Virus record (IMG/VR): IMGVR_UViG_3300022602_000028 | Origin: a virus | Reading direction: 5' to 3' (one strand) | DNA: 64,000 nucleotides | Program-made: the position numbers and the translations under genes | The notes under the pieces: model-generated | The model's database searches: none | Seen by the model: the letters and a program-made list of their open reading frames with translations, nothing else | What the model was told of the DNA's origin: nothing | Part shown: positions 1 through 9,267 of the stretch, piece by piece | Numbering within the stretch: position 1 is the first letter of the stretch | Layout: every line of letters begins with the position of its first letter

Positions 1-1
1 A

Positions 2-2146
2 TACTATGTTAAAGCAGTTAGCCCATTAACTAATCAGATTAGTGTAAGTTCAACTTATTTTGGTGCTGATTTTGCAGTAACTGGTACAGTAGCTAGCCCA
101 ACAACTGGTAGTTTTATAGCAACTAGTAGCGCAACATACGGTAGTTTAACTAGCGGTACACCTTATTATGTAAGTAGTATTCCTGCTCCAGGATATGTAA
201 CTTTAGCAACCAATGCTACATTAGCAACTCCAGTAGCATTAAGTATGGGTAACGGAGTTTGGACTATTAGTAGCAACGGAATTATCGGCGGTATTAATAG
301 CGGACAAGTTTACTATGTAGTCAGTGGCGGTGCTAATACTACTATTAGCCCAAGCCCAAGTTTAACTCCTGTATTACAATTAACTAGTGGAACAGCTAAC
401 TGGACAACTAGTGTAAGTAGTAGTTTTGGTGGTTTGGCATATTCATCAAGTAGTGCTAACTATTACATAACAGAAATTATTAGTAGTACACAACTAGCAT
501 TAAGTACCAGCTATTTTGGCCCTAACACCCAGTTAGCTACTGCTACTGGTGGTAGTGTAACAGTTACTACTGGCGGAACATTTGGCGGATTAACATCTGG
601 TTCAACTTATTATGTTGCAAGTATTACTGGTAACCAAGTTACTCTAAGTACAAGTGCAACATTAACTCCAACGATAACTGTAACCAATGGTAACAGTGCT
701 TGGACTAGTTTAATTGGTACTACATCAAGTGCTGGTGCAAGTAGCCCAGATGGAATTAACTGGACAATACGTGCATTGCCAAGTAATAGTTGGTCAGGAG
801 TGACATTTGGTAACCCAAATAGCGTTCCTACATGGAGCTTGATTGGTACTAATAGTACTGTAGCATCAACTATACCAAACTTTACTACTGCGCAAGCTCG
901 TGTAACTATTGCAAGTAACACAATCGCTAGTTTTAGAATGATTGAACCCGGTTCAGGATACACTAGTACTCCAACAATTACTATTACAGATCCAAACGTA
1001 ACTAGTGCGGCTACATGGAGTATAAGAATTGGTGCTGGCGCATTAGGTCAACCTAGCTTTACTAATAGAGGAACTGGATACAGTAGCCCAACAGCCACAG
1101 TTAGCAGTTCAGTTGGTTATGCAGATAGCTATCAAGTTGGACAATATTTCAACGTACAAAACTTACCAAGTTTGCCTGTAGCAGGTAGCAACGTAGTATT
1201 AGCAGGCAATGCTATCTATTATAAACTGGTATTGTACAGTAGTGCTATTGGTACACAAGCAATATTCACTGGTTATATTAGTGGAACTACATTGTATGTA
1301 ACCAATAACGTTGGACAGACAATTACTGCTGGTATGTACTTACAAGCATTTGGTATTACAACTCCTGTAAGCATTACAGGTTCTGCATTAACAGGTAGCG
1401 GAGTAAGCACAACAAGTAGTTGGACTATTACTAATAATACTAACGGTAATATTGGAACAAGTAGCGCACCTGTAAGTATCACAGCTGGTACATATAGTGC
1501 TACGTTCCAAATTAATCCAGTGTTTACTGCGGCTAATGCTCCGGTTCACGGAACAGTAGTAACTTCAAGAATATTGTACAGTCAAGTACGTTTAACAGGC
1601 CATGATTTCTTGAGTATCGGTACTGGTAATATTGTAACAACAAATTATCCAAATACTCCAACTCAGTTAGCTAATACAGCTAATCAAACTGTTCAAAACG
1701 GAGGAGGTCGCGTATTCTTTACAAGTACAGACCAAGACGGTAACTTTAACGTTGGTAATTTGTTCAGCGTACAACAAAGTACTGGTGTAGCAACTTTAAA
1801 TGCTAACGCATTTAACTTAGCTGGACTACAGACTTTGACATTAGGTAGCGTAGCGTTAGGTAACAGTAACACTACAATTACACAATTTAGCACTGATGGT
1901 ACATTCTCAGCTAATTCGGACAATATTGTTCCGACTCAAAAGGCTATTAGAACGTACATTACTAGCCAAATTGGTGGCGGAGCAAGCTCAATCAACGTAA
2001 ATACACTGATTGCAGGATACGTACAAATTACTGGTCAGACGATAAGTAATACTAACAACACACAAATCAACGTGCGTAATAAGATGTATTTTAAACAGGG
2101 TGTAGATGGTAGTCCCTTAGCTTTAAACTACTTCTTATTAAAATAA
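2..2146 (+). CDS. Large Ser/Thr/Gly-rich tail fibre or baseplate-associated structural protein, 5'-truncated by the window
   Basis: Frame is open from base 2 (YYVKAVSPLTNQ...) into the listed ORF 245..2146. Repeated GGLTSGSTYYV-type modules; C-terminal GHDFLSIGTG...GGGRVFFTSTDQDGNF block typical of large myophage virion proteins. Confidence 0.75.
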   Translation, partial: YYVKAVSPLTNQISVSSTYFGADFAVTGTVASPTTGSFIATSSATYGSLTSGTPYYVSSIPAPGYVTLATNATLATPVALSMGNGVWTISSNGIIGGINSGQVYYVVSGGANTTISPSPSLTPVLQLTSGTANWTTSVSSSFGGLAYSSSSANYYITEIISSTQLALSTSYFGPNTQLATATGGSVTVTTGGTFGGLTSGSTYYVASITGNQVTLSTSATLTPTITVTNGNSAWTSLIGTTSSAGASSPDGINWTIRALPSNSWSGVTFGNPNSVPTWSLIGTNSTVASTIPNFTTAQARVTIASNTIASFRMIEPGSGYTSTPTITITDPNVTSAATWSIRIGAGALGQPSFTNRGTGYSSPTATVSSSVGYADSYQVGQYFNVQNLPSLPVAGSNVVLAGNAIYYKLVLYSSAIGTQAIFTGYISGTTLYVTNNVGQTITAGMYLQAFGITTPVSITGSALTGSGVSTTSSWTITNNTNGNIGTSSAPVSITAGTYSATFQINPVFTAANAPVHGTVVTSRILYSQVRLTGHDFLSIGTGNIVTTNYPNTPTQLANTANQTVQNGGGRVFFTSTDQDGNFNVGNLFSVQQSTGVATLNANAFNLAGLQTLTLGSVALGNSNTTITQFSTDGTFSANSDNIVPTQKAIRTYITSQIGGGASSINVNTLIAGYVQITGQTISNTNNTQINVRNKMYFKQGVDGSPLALNYFLLK

Positions 2147-2160
2147 TTGGAGAAACATAA

Positions 2161-2481
2161 ATGGCAACAGGAAGATTAGGTATTCAAGATTTAGCGGCAA
2201 CTACAAATACAACTTTGTATACTTGCCCGGCAGGTTATTTTAGCGTAGCCAGTGTGACAATTTGTAACAGAAATGCAACATCAGTTACAGTTCGTCTAGC
2301 ATTGACTAGTAGTGCTACAGTTACCGATAACTCATATTTAGAATATGGTACAACAATTCCAGCAAACAGCGTATTAGAACGTACAGGTCTAGTATTATCT
2401 GCTGGCCAATTACTTGTAGTTTACTCAAGTAGTTCATCAGTTGACGCAGTAGCGTACGGAATTGAAACAAGTATCACTTAA
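2161..2481 (+). CDS. Small virion/tail-fibre-associated protein
   Basis: 106 aa, GGAG SD, beta-rich (TTLYTCPAG...SVTVRLAL...SSVDAVAYGIE), located between fibre genes. Confidence 0.6.
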   Translation: MATGRLGIQDLAATTNTTLYTCPAGYFSVASVTICNRNATSVTVRLALTSSATVTDNSYLEYGTTIPANSVLERTGLVLSAGQLLVVYSSSSSVDAVAYGIETSIT

Positions 2482-2494
2482 TTAGGGGAATAGA

Positions 2495-4150
2495 ATGGGT
2501 CGTTTTGTACCAATTAGTTTTAACACGGTCGGCTTAGAAAAACGTGCTCCAAAAGTTTCTGCGGCTGGTTCAGTAGCGGGAGCAAAGAGCTACTATGACG
2601 GCACACAATGCTGGCAATATAAAGTAGTGTATGATCGTCCAGGATGCTATTGTTTTGTAGTTCCAACGACTGCACTTTGTGCAAGAACAGTTATTGTAGG
2701 CGGTGGTGGCAAACCAATGTGTACAAATGGTAACTGTTGCGGATTTGCTGGAGCAGGCGGAGCATATAGTGAAAAATTTCACTCAGTTACCGGCGGCACT
2801 ACTTATTTTACAATCTGTGTAGGTCGCCAACAACAAAATTCTTCAGTAGCATGTAATGGTAGTGCTGTTCATACAGCGGGTGGTGCATCATATTGCACAC
2901 CAGGTACAGCAAGTGGTGGAGATTTTAACAGTAGTGGCGGCCTTGCTGGTTATAACTGTAATTATTGCGCTGGCTCGGTAAGTCATTATTGCGGAGCTTG
3001 TATCTATACTAATACAACAACATGTTGCGGTTATTGCTTAGTGTTTTCATATACAGATGCACAACATGGTGATACCAATGGTTGCTGTTTAGCTGCCTAT
3101 GCTGGCGGCGGAAGTGCTGGTAGTCCTCGTGCTTGCCAAGGCGGTTGCGGAATGACTGTTTGTAATTCAGGAACCATTAACCACGGAGCTACAGCAGGCG
3201 GCGGTGGTGGTATTGGCGGATTTATTAACGGAAACACATCTACTTATGTATGGGAATTTACTTGCTGTAACTGTGTTTGCCCATGGTTTGACGGCAATGT
3301 CGGCGGCAATTGTCAGTATTGGCGTATCGATTATCCCACAGGCGCAGGTGGTGGCGGTGGAAGTCACAGTTCCCAACCACCTAACTGTCGTAGTTGGGAA
3401 GGTGTGTGCGGAGCTATGTGGTGGGTTGGCGGATGTGGCGGACGAGGCGGCGCCAATGTTAGTCCTAAAGAAGGCGCTCCAAACGTTTATGAATTAACTT
3501 ATCGTTGTCGTTATAACGATAGCTATGGTCAAAGTTGCCCACATTGGAATATGAAATTCCAACCTAAACTTAACGATCCTTGTCGTTATCCATGGTGGGA
3601 TGTTTGTAATATCTCTGGTGCAGGTGCTCCAGGATTTATGAATGAAACTACATATTTCTTCTGTTGCCAGTCAACATTACTAGATGGTTTCTTTGGTCGC
3701 CCAAGTAATGCAGGTGAAGGTGGCGGTACAGGTGGTTGGGTAATGCGTTGTTGCAACATGGATCAGATGGGTGCAATGGTTCCTAAATTTCCTAATAGTC
3801 CAGCTGACGGTATTAACTGGACACTATTATGTTGTTTAGGTAGTCAAGCAGATCCTTTTAGATGTGATGCGGCTTATACACTTAAAGATAAACTATTCAG
3901 CGGCGCAATGACTTGCGCAGGTATTTTAGGAGGTTCAGGTGGCACAGGAGTTTGCTTCTATACTAGTAAAGCAGGATTCGGTGGCGGTGGTGGAACAGCA
4001 AAATGCCATATAACATGTGTATGTTGGGGCGGAAGTTATGACTGTTGCAACGGTTCAGGAGCTCCATTAGCATTTCCACCGTGTTATTTAGATAATTTAG
4101 TTAGCAATGCGGGCTCAGGCTACGCAATCGTATATTGGAAGGAAGCATAA
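2495..4150 (+). CDS. Cys/Gly-rich putative tail adhesin (glycine-rich domain), paralog 1
   Basis: 551 aa, about 49 Cys by manual count; many GGGGG/GGxGG runs; C-terminal AGSGYAIVYW typical of phage glycine-rich fibre-tip domains. Confidence 0.6.
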   Translation: MGRFVPISFNTVGLEKRAPKVSAAGSVAGAKSYYDGTQCWQYKVVYDRPGCYCFVVPTTALCARTVIVGGGGKPMCTNGNCCGFAGAGGAYSEKFHSVTGGTTYFTICVGRQQQNSSVACNGSAVHTAGGASYCTPGTASGGDFNSSGGLAGYNCNYCAGSVSHYCGACIYTNTTTCCGYCLVFSYTDAQHGDTNGCCLAAYAGGGSAGSPRACQGGCGMTVCNSGTINHGATAGGGGGIGGFINGNTSTYVWEFTCCNCVCPWFDGNVGGNCQYWRIDYPTGAGGGGGSHSSQPPNCRSWEGVCGAMWWVGGCGGRGGANVSPKEGAPNVYELTYRCRYNDSYGQSCPHWNMKFQPKLNDPCRYPWWDVCNISGAGAPGFMNETTYFFCCQSTLLDGFFGRPSNAGEGGGTGGWVMRCCNMDQMGAMVPKFPNSPADGINWTLLCCLGSQADPFRCDAAYTLKDKLFSGAMTCAGILGGSGGTGVCFYTSKAGFGGGGGTAKCHITCVCWGGSYDCCNGSGAPLAFPPCYLDNLVSNAGSGYAIVYWKEA

Positions 4151-4151
4151 A

Positions 4152-5795
4152 ATGGGACGTTATATAAGTACAGGTTCTACTCAAATTGGAACAAACTGTT
4201 GTATAGCTTATACAACAACAACTTGCCAGCAGTATCCTGGATTTCAATACTCATATGATCTTAATCAATGTTTTCAAAACAGAGTAATGGTTACTAAACC
4301 AGGAAGCTATTCTTTTGTGCTACCACTAACTAGTACTGGTTGTATTCGTGCAATCGCAGTTGGTGGCGGCGGAAAAGCCTGCTGTAGTGATTTTTATTGT
4401 AATTTTGCTGGGTCGGGCGGTGGATATGCTGAAAGCGTACATTGCGTAGCACCAGGTTGTACATTTACTATCGTAGTAGGTCGTCAGCAAGCTAGTACAA
4501 CAATCAGTTATACTTGCTTAGGCGGAACTGCTCAAACTGTAACAGGAGGCGGCGCAACCGGTCGCACACCTGGAGTAGGCTCAGGCGGAAATTTAATGAA
4601 TAGTACTGGTGGATGCGGTGGTTGGGGACGTAACTATCAAGAAGTTAACGGTACATGCCCAAGTACTTGTATATGTTTTTGCAATACAACTTGCTGTGGA
4701 TATTGTATCATTTACGGTTGTAATTGCCAACAATCTACCTCACAAGATTATTGCGCACACTATTTTCCAGGAGGCGGCAGTGCTGGTAGCTTTATGTTCC
4801 CATGCGGTGGTTGCGGTGGTACAGTGTGTAATAAAGGCGGTACAACAACTAACAATAACAACGGTGGCTCAATGGCCGGCGGTGGCGGCGGCATTGGATA
4901 TATTAACAGATGCTGTAGTATCACTGCATTCTGCGGATGCATCTGTTCTATGTACGGTAACAGCCAACAGCCTTGCGTATGCGGCCCGACAACCGTACAA
5001 GGTGGCGGCGGAACACGTTATGCTTATTTGAACTCAGCTTGCGAACAAACCATGTGGAACGGTTTATGTGAAGGCGGAGTTTGGCGCATGGGCGCAGGTG
5101 GATGGGGTGGTTGTGATAACCAAGAAGGCCGTCCAGACACAATGTATTGGACATGTGCGCTATGCATGTGTACAGGACGTAGTGAGTTTGATGTATGTTG
5201 CGGTATTGCTCCTAAAAAATGGCCATGGTTTGATATTATGGAAATGGCAGGTAGTGGAAGTTCTGGTAAAGGTATTGGCTATTGTCGTCAGCAGATTAAC
5301 CAGGATAACTACTGGACTAGTACTAACGGTAAACAAATGGGTGGTATACCTGAAGATTCGGGCGAAGGCGCAGGAACAGGTGGAGCAATATATCCAGGAT
5401 TATGTGATGCATATTATGTAAACTGGCCATGCTTGCCAAGTAGTGTTCAAACTGGCGGTATTGACTGGAATCAAGTTTGTTGTTTTGGCGTAAATAACAC
5501 TTACAACGATATTTATGATTGCTGTCAATCTAGTCGTAACCTAGTAGTAGGACATATTAGCCAAGCTGGCACATTAGGCGGAAGCGGCGGTATCGGTGTA
5601 CATGGATTTGCAAGTAAAGCAGGATTTGGCGGAGGCGCTGGCGCTTACAAATATTTTGTTCACTGTATTTGTTGGGGAACAGGATATGATTGCTGTGGCG
5701 GTTCAGGACCACTATTGGCATTCCCACCCTGCATATTAGATAATATTGCCAGCAATGCTGGTTCAGGTTTAGCAATAATTTATTGGAAAGATTAA
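4152..5795 (+). CDS. Cys/Gly-rich putative tail adhesin, paralog 2
   Basis: Start moved to ATG 4152 (MGRYIS, matching MGRFVP of paralog 1, 1 nt after its stop). About 52 Cys; shares NTTCCGYC, SKAGFGGG and CxCWGxxYDCCxGSGxxLAFPPCxLDN with paralog 1. Confidence 0.6.
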   Translation: MGRYISTGSTQIGTNCCIAYTTTTCQQYPGFQYSYDLNQCFQNRVMVTKPGSYSFVLPLTSTGCIRAIAVGGGGKACCSDFYCNFAGSGGGYAESVHCVAPGCTFTIVVGRQQASTTISYTCLGGTAQTVTGGGATGRTPGVGSGGNLMNSTGGCGGWGRNYQEVNGTCPSTCICFCNTTCCGYCIIYGCNCQQSTSQDYCAHYFPGGGSAGSFMFPCGGCGGTVCNKGGTTTNNNNGGSMAGGGGGIGYINRCCSITAFCGCICSMYGNSQQPCVCGPTTVQGGGGTRYAYLNSACEQTMWNGLCEGGVWRMGAGGWGGCDNQEGRPDTMYWTCALCMCTGRSEFDVCCGIAPKKWPWFDIMEMAGSGSSGKGIGYCRQQINQDNYWTSTNGKQMGGIPEDSGEGAGTGGAIYPGLCDAYYVNWPCLPSSVQTGGIDWNQVCCFGVNNTYNDIYDCCQSSRNLVVGHISQAGTLGGSGGIGVHGFASKAGFGGGAGAYKYFVHCICWGTGYDCCGGSGPLLAFPPCILDNIASNAGSGLAIIYWKD

Positions 5796-5805
5796 GGAGA
5801 ATTAA

Positions 5806-6417
5806 ATGACACAATGGGCTAGAATGATTGCCGACGATAACGGCGTTTTCGAAGTAACTCAACTTCACGACGAAGATCCAACAGGGATATGGCATCCTGA
5901 TGAATTAGAAAACTGGAGAGAAGTTTCTGACACTACTGCTATCGGTGATAAACTAGATGCAGATGGTACTTGGCACAAAGGCGGTGACTGGACTGCTAAA
6001 GTGATTGCAGAAGCATCTAAGCTAATTGATGCACCTCCTTTAAATCCAATTCGCAAGCCTCACGGCCATGTAACTAAAGTAGAATTAGTTAATCCAGGTT
6101 CAAATTATGAAACTCCGGCAGTTCGTCAACAATACAATATTGGCGACGGCGCAGGATTAGTAGTAGAAGTAGATTTTGATCCGGTTACTGAAACAGCTAC
6201 TGGCACTCCTATCATACATGATGGCGGTTGGAACTATGTAGTAGGACAAGAATTTCAAATCAAGACAGGCTTTGGACGTGATTGGGACAGAAAAAATCCA
6301 AACTATGCAACTGTAAGAATTACAGAAGTAGTTGATGATCCAGATTTTAAACAAAATCCAGGAGCTATCGGATTCGATCCGACACAACACATTCCCGGTC
6401 CTGCACCTAAAGAGTAA
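5806..6417 (+). CDS. Probable tail-fibre accessory/assembly protein
   Basis: AGGAG SD, directly after the adhesin pair; N-terminal WARMIADDNGVFEV...W...IGDKLD pattern resembles small fibre-associated proteins. Confidence 0.4.
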   Translation: MTQWARMIADDNGVFEVTQLHDEDPTGIWHPDELENWREVSDTTAIGDKLDADGTWHKGGDWTAKVIAEASKLIDAPPLNPIRKPHGHVTKVELVNPGSNYETPAVRQQYNIGDGAGLVVEVDFDPVTETATGTPIIHDGGWNYVVGQEFQIKTGFGRDWDRKNPNYATVRITEVVDDPDFKQNPGAIGFDPTQHIPGPAPKE

Positions 6418-6434
6418 TCACTATTACCTTACAC

Positions 6435-6472
6435 AAGAACCTTGCTGTGCTATATAGTACAGTGAGGTTTTT
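6435..6472 (+). promoter_or_regulatory. Long RNA hairpin with T-tract covering the RBS of ORF 6475; promoter-like -10 in its loop
   Basis: AACCTTGCTGTGCT-ATAT-AGTACAGTGAGGTT: 14 bp with 3 G.U pairs, extendable to about 17 bp; GAGG (6464-6467) lies in the 3' arm; CTTACA-17nt-TATATA overlaps it. Confidence 0.55.
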
Positions 6473-6474
6473 TA

Positions 6475-7152
6475 ATGAGTGAACATATCGAATTTTTCCC
6501 TATCATTGCTGGTATAGAAAAAATAGAACCAATTTTGCCTGCCGGCAAAAATCCACAACAAATTCCGTTTGAGAATGAAAGTCACAGTATGCGCGGTTGT
6601 CCGGGGATACGTGACATAATGTCTACAGGGTATGTGGTTCGACTATGGCAGGATATTCGAATTACATACGACGGTCAAAATGGTATAAACGCTAGCGCGG
6701 CTCCGATGACAGATCACGATGGCAATCCGTTTGATATGCTACAATTTCATGATGAACGTACCTTTGCAGGATATTCATTTGGCGAAGAATATTTTAATTT
6801 TTCTATGAAATTAAGATGCCCATGGTATGTACGTACCAAAAAAGACACATCTATACTAACTGTGCCCGTTTTTTATAACGAGTCTCCTTATTTTACTGTA
6901 TCGAGCGGAGTTATTAACAGTGGTGAATATCCAATGTTATTAGCACAAGTTATATTAAGAAAATTTCAAGGCGAAATCATACTTAAAAAAGGTACGCCAT
7001 TGATACAACTAATAGCAATTAAAAAACAACCTGAAATAAAGATGTATGACACTGATGCGCCAGTTAAAAAAACAGTACAAATTTTAAGAAATTGGCTAGT
7101 TAGCAAAACACATGCGGCTTCTCAATATAGAAATATAGGAAAAATATTATGA
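6475..7152 (+). CDS. Hypothetical protein, possible dUTPase-like beta-clip fold
   Basis: 225 aa; motifs GCPGIRDIMSTGYVV and IILKKGTPLIQLI. Confidence 0.4.
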   Translation: MSEHIEFFPIIAGIEKIEPILPAGKNPQQIPFENESHSMRGCPGIRDIMSTGYVVRLWQDIRITYDGQNGINASAAPMTDHDGNPFDMLQFHDERTFAGYSFGEEYFNFSMKLRCPWYVRTKKDTSILTVPVFYNESPYFTVSSGVINSGEYPMLLAQVILRKFQGEIILKKGTPLIQLIAIKKQPEIKMYDTDAPVKKTVQILRNWLVSKTHAASQYRNIGKIL

Positions 7153-7718
7153 TGCAAGAACAAGACTTTATAGCAGTCTGGCCTAATTTAGTTCGAAGAG
7201 AATTATGCGAAGTTTTGATAGAAGATTTTCATCGTCAACGTCCTAGTGATTTAATTGATACAAAAAAACAAGGATTAAAAGATAGATTACCGTTGCATAG
7301 AGAAGATTTTGCATTTTTTTTAAATTATCATAGTAAGTATGTAGGCGAAATACAAAATAAACTATGGGAAGTATTAGAAGAATACGTCAGTCATTTTCAA
7401 CAATTACAAGAAGTTCCGCTGTGGACTAGCGATATTAAAATGCAATTGACCAAGCCTGGTGGAGGATACCACTCATGGCACTATGAAAATTCTGGATATA
7501 ATTGTGCTCAACGTGAACTAGTATGGATGATTTATCTTAACGACATGCCCGAAGGCGAGGCTGAGACTGAATTTTTACATCAAAAAAGAAGAATACGTCC
7601 TACTCAAGGTACAGTGGTAGTGTGGCCAGCAGGTTTCACACATGTACATCGCGGACTTACTGCGTTAACACAAGACAAATATATTTTAACCGGTTGGTAT
7701 ATTAGAATTCCAAGATAA
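7149..7718 (+). CDS. 2OG-Fe(II) oxygenase (prolyl-4-hydroxylase-like)
   Basis: GYHSWHYE (HxE), VWMIYLND, GETEF-like AETEF, HVHRG, KYILTGW. Confidence 0.85.
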   Translation: MMQEQDFIAVWPNLVRRELCEVLIEDFHRQRPSDLIDTKKQGLKDRLPLHREDFAFFLNYHSKYVGEIQNKLWEVLEEYVSHFQQLQEVPLWTSDIKMQLTKPGGGYHSWHYENSGYNCAQRELVWMIYLNDMPEGEAETEFLHQKRRIRPTQGTVVVWPAGFTHVHRGLTALTQDKYILTGWYIRIPR

Positions 7719-7719
7719 A

Positions 7720-8442
7720 ATGAAGACTATATATTATTCATCTTGTGTTCCACCTGAATTGTATAACAACGATTTTATGTTATACCAAGAGCCGGATAGT
7801 TTGTATAAAGATATTTTAAAAAATAAAAACAAACAAAACGATTTTAATAATTACATGGATTGTCCAGCATTTTTAAAATCTACAAATAACACGTTCATAG
7901 TTCGTAATCCTTGGACTACAACTATAACTATCGATTATGCCACTGGTAAATTTTTAAATCAATATGGCCAAGAAGATGCAATTTCTGAACACTTTACACC
8001 TAAACCTATATCACGTGTACAGCCATTATTTAATGTCTATCATAATTTTTTATTTTTTAGTGAAGAAGATATGGAAATATCAACTTTTCCTGCGTACATG
8101 CATACTAGTGAATTTCAAACTAAATGTACGTATATTCCGGGAACATTTAATATTGCCAAATGGTTACGCCCAGTAGAAGGTGCATTTGAGTTGCAATCTA
8201 ACACAAATAATCTACAACTTAAAACAGGAGATCCGTTGTATTATATAAAGTTTAACACTAGTGAACCTGTTAAATTTGTTAGGTTTGATCTCACAGCGGA
8301 GTTATGGAATATGGCCCAAGGTTGTGTGTTTCATAAAAAATATCAACCTAATAAATCATTGTCCTACTTATACAAATTATTTTTCCATTCAGGACGACAG
8401 AAACTTGTATTAAAAAAAATTAAAGAAAATATAATAAAATGA
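7720..8442 (+). CDS. Hypothetical protein, same putative family as ORF 6475
   Basis: 240 aa; MDCPAFLKSTNNTFIV and LKTGDPLYYIKF parallel the motifs in 6475..7152. Confidence 0.4.
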   Translation: MKTIYYSSCVPPELYNNDFMLYQEPDSLYKDILKNKNKQNDFNNYMDCPAFLKSTNNTFIVRNPWTTTITIDYATGKFLNQYGQEDAISEHFTPKPISRVQPLFNVYHNFLFFSEEDMEISTFPAYMHTSEFQTKCTYIPGTFNIAKWLRPVEGAFELQSNTNNLQLKTGDPLYYIKFNTSEPVKFVRFDLTAELWNMAQGCVFHKKYQPNKSLSYLYKLFFHSGRQKLVLKKIKENIIK

Positions 8443-9209
8443 AAAAAATATTATACGCAATGGGCGACAGCTTTACATTTGGAATGGAGTGTCTTGGCGA
8501 TTTTGATAGAACATTAGGTAATATAGAGTTGGCATTTCCCAAATATGTTAGTGATTATATGAACTGTGAAAAATATATCAATAATTCATATAACGGCGCT
8601 AGTAATGATTTTATTTTTAAAAGAACCATTTTTGATTTAATGGAATTAGAACGTCAAGGTGTTGATCCTAAAGATGTTTTTGTTATTGTTGGTTGGAGCA
8701 GTTTACATAGAATAGAAATCGACGGATCTCGATGGTTGGAACAGATTCCAGATTTTATGGCAGGCGACTTAAAAAATGATCCGTCTTGGCCCAGAGAGTA
8801 TACTGATTTTGGAGTTATATTTGCTAATCCAGGATCAGGCATTAGACTAACAGTAAAAGATACTGTTATTAGTATAGATCGAGATGTGATTCCATTTTGC
8901 ACTCATTTTTTATGGACAGATGTTGTTCAAATTGAAACCCAAGAAGCAAGAATTATTGCATTGCACGAACTATTAAAAGCCAAAGGATACGATCATGTGT
9001 TTGCCAGTATGTGCCATCCTTTTTTGAAAACCAGAAACATAGACAGCGAGAATAAAAACTTTTATAATATAACAACATCTAGTTTTTATGATTTTGCCAT
9101 AGTGAATTATCCAACAGAATTACGCAAACACAATCATTTTACAACTGTTGTACATGAAAAATATGCCGAAAAACTGTTTGAATATATTACAAAAAATTGT
9201 ATTTCGTAA
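8439..9209 (+). CDS. SGNH/GDSL hydrolase-like protein
   Basis: LYAMGDSFTFG (block I), NGASND (block II), C-terminal HNHF...H...AEKL. Confidence 0.7.
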   Translation: MKKILYAMGDSFTFGMECLGDFDRTLGNIELAFPKYVSDYMNCEKYINNSYNGASNDFIFKRTIFDLMELERQGVDPKDVFVIVGWSSLHRIEIDGSRWLEQIPDFMAGDLKNDPSWPREYTDFGVIFANPGSGIRLTVKDTVISIDRDVIPFCTHFLWTDVVQIETQEARIIALHELLKAKGYDHVFASMCHPFLKTRNIDSENKNFYNITTSSFYDFAIVNYPTELRKHNHFTTVVHEKYAEKLFEYITKNCIS

Positions 9210-9233
9210 TTGCAGGTTTGGTATTTTAACTAC

Positions 9234-9241
9234 TATAAATA
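9234..9241 (+). promoter_or_regulatory. T4-type late promoter TATAAATA upstream of the GT9/carbamoyltransferase pair
   Basis: Exact TATAAATA in the intergenic gap, followed by AAGGA SD and ATG 9268. Confidence 0.65.
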
Positions 9242-9267
9242 ATTAACTACGTATATTAAAGGATATT

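Noticed and set aside
2495-5795. Adhesin paralog pair as DGR variable/template repeats
   Set aside because: Similarity is protein-level and dispersed, not a near-identical repeat differing only at adenines; no RT or Avd gene in the window.
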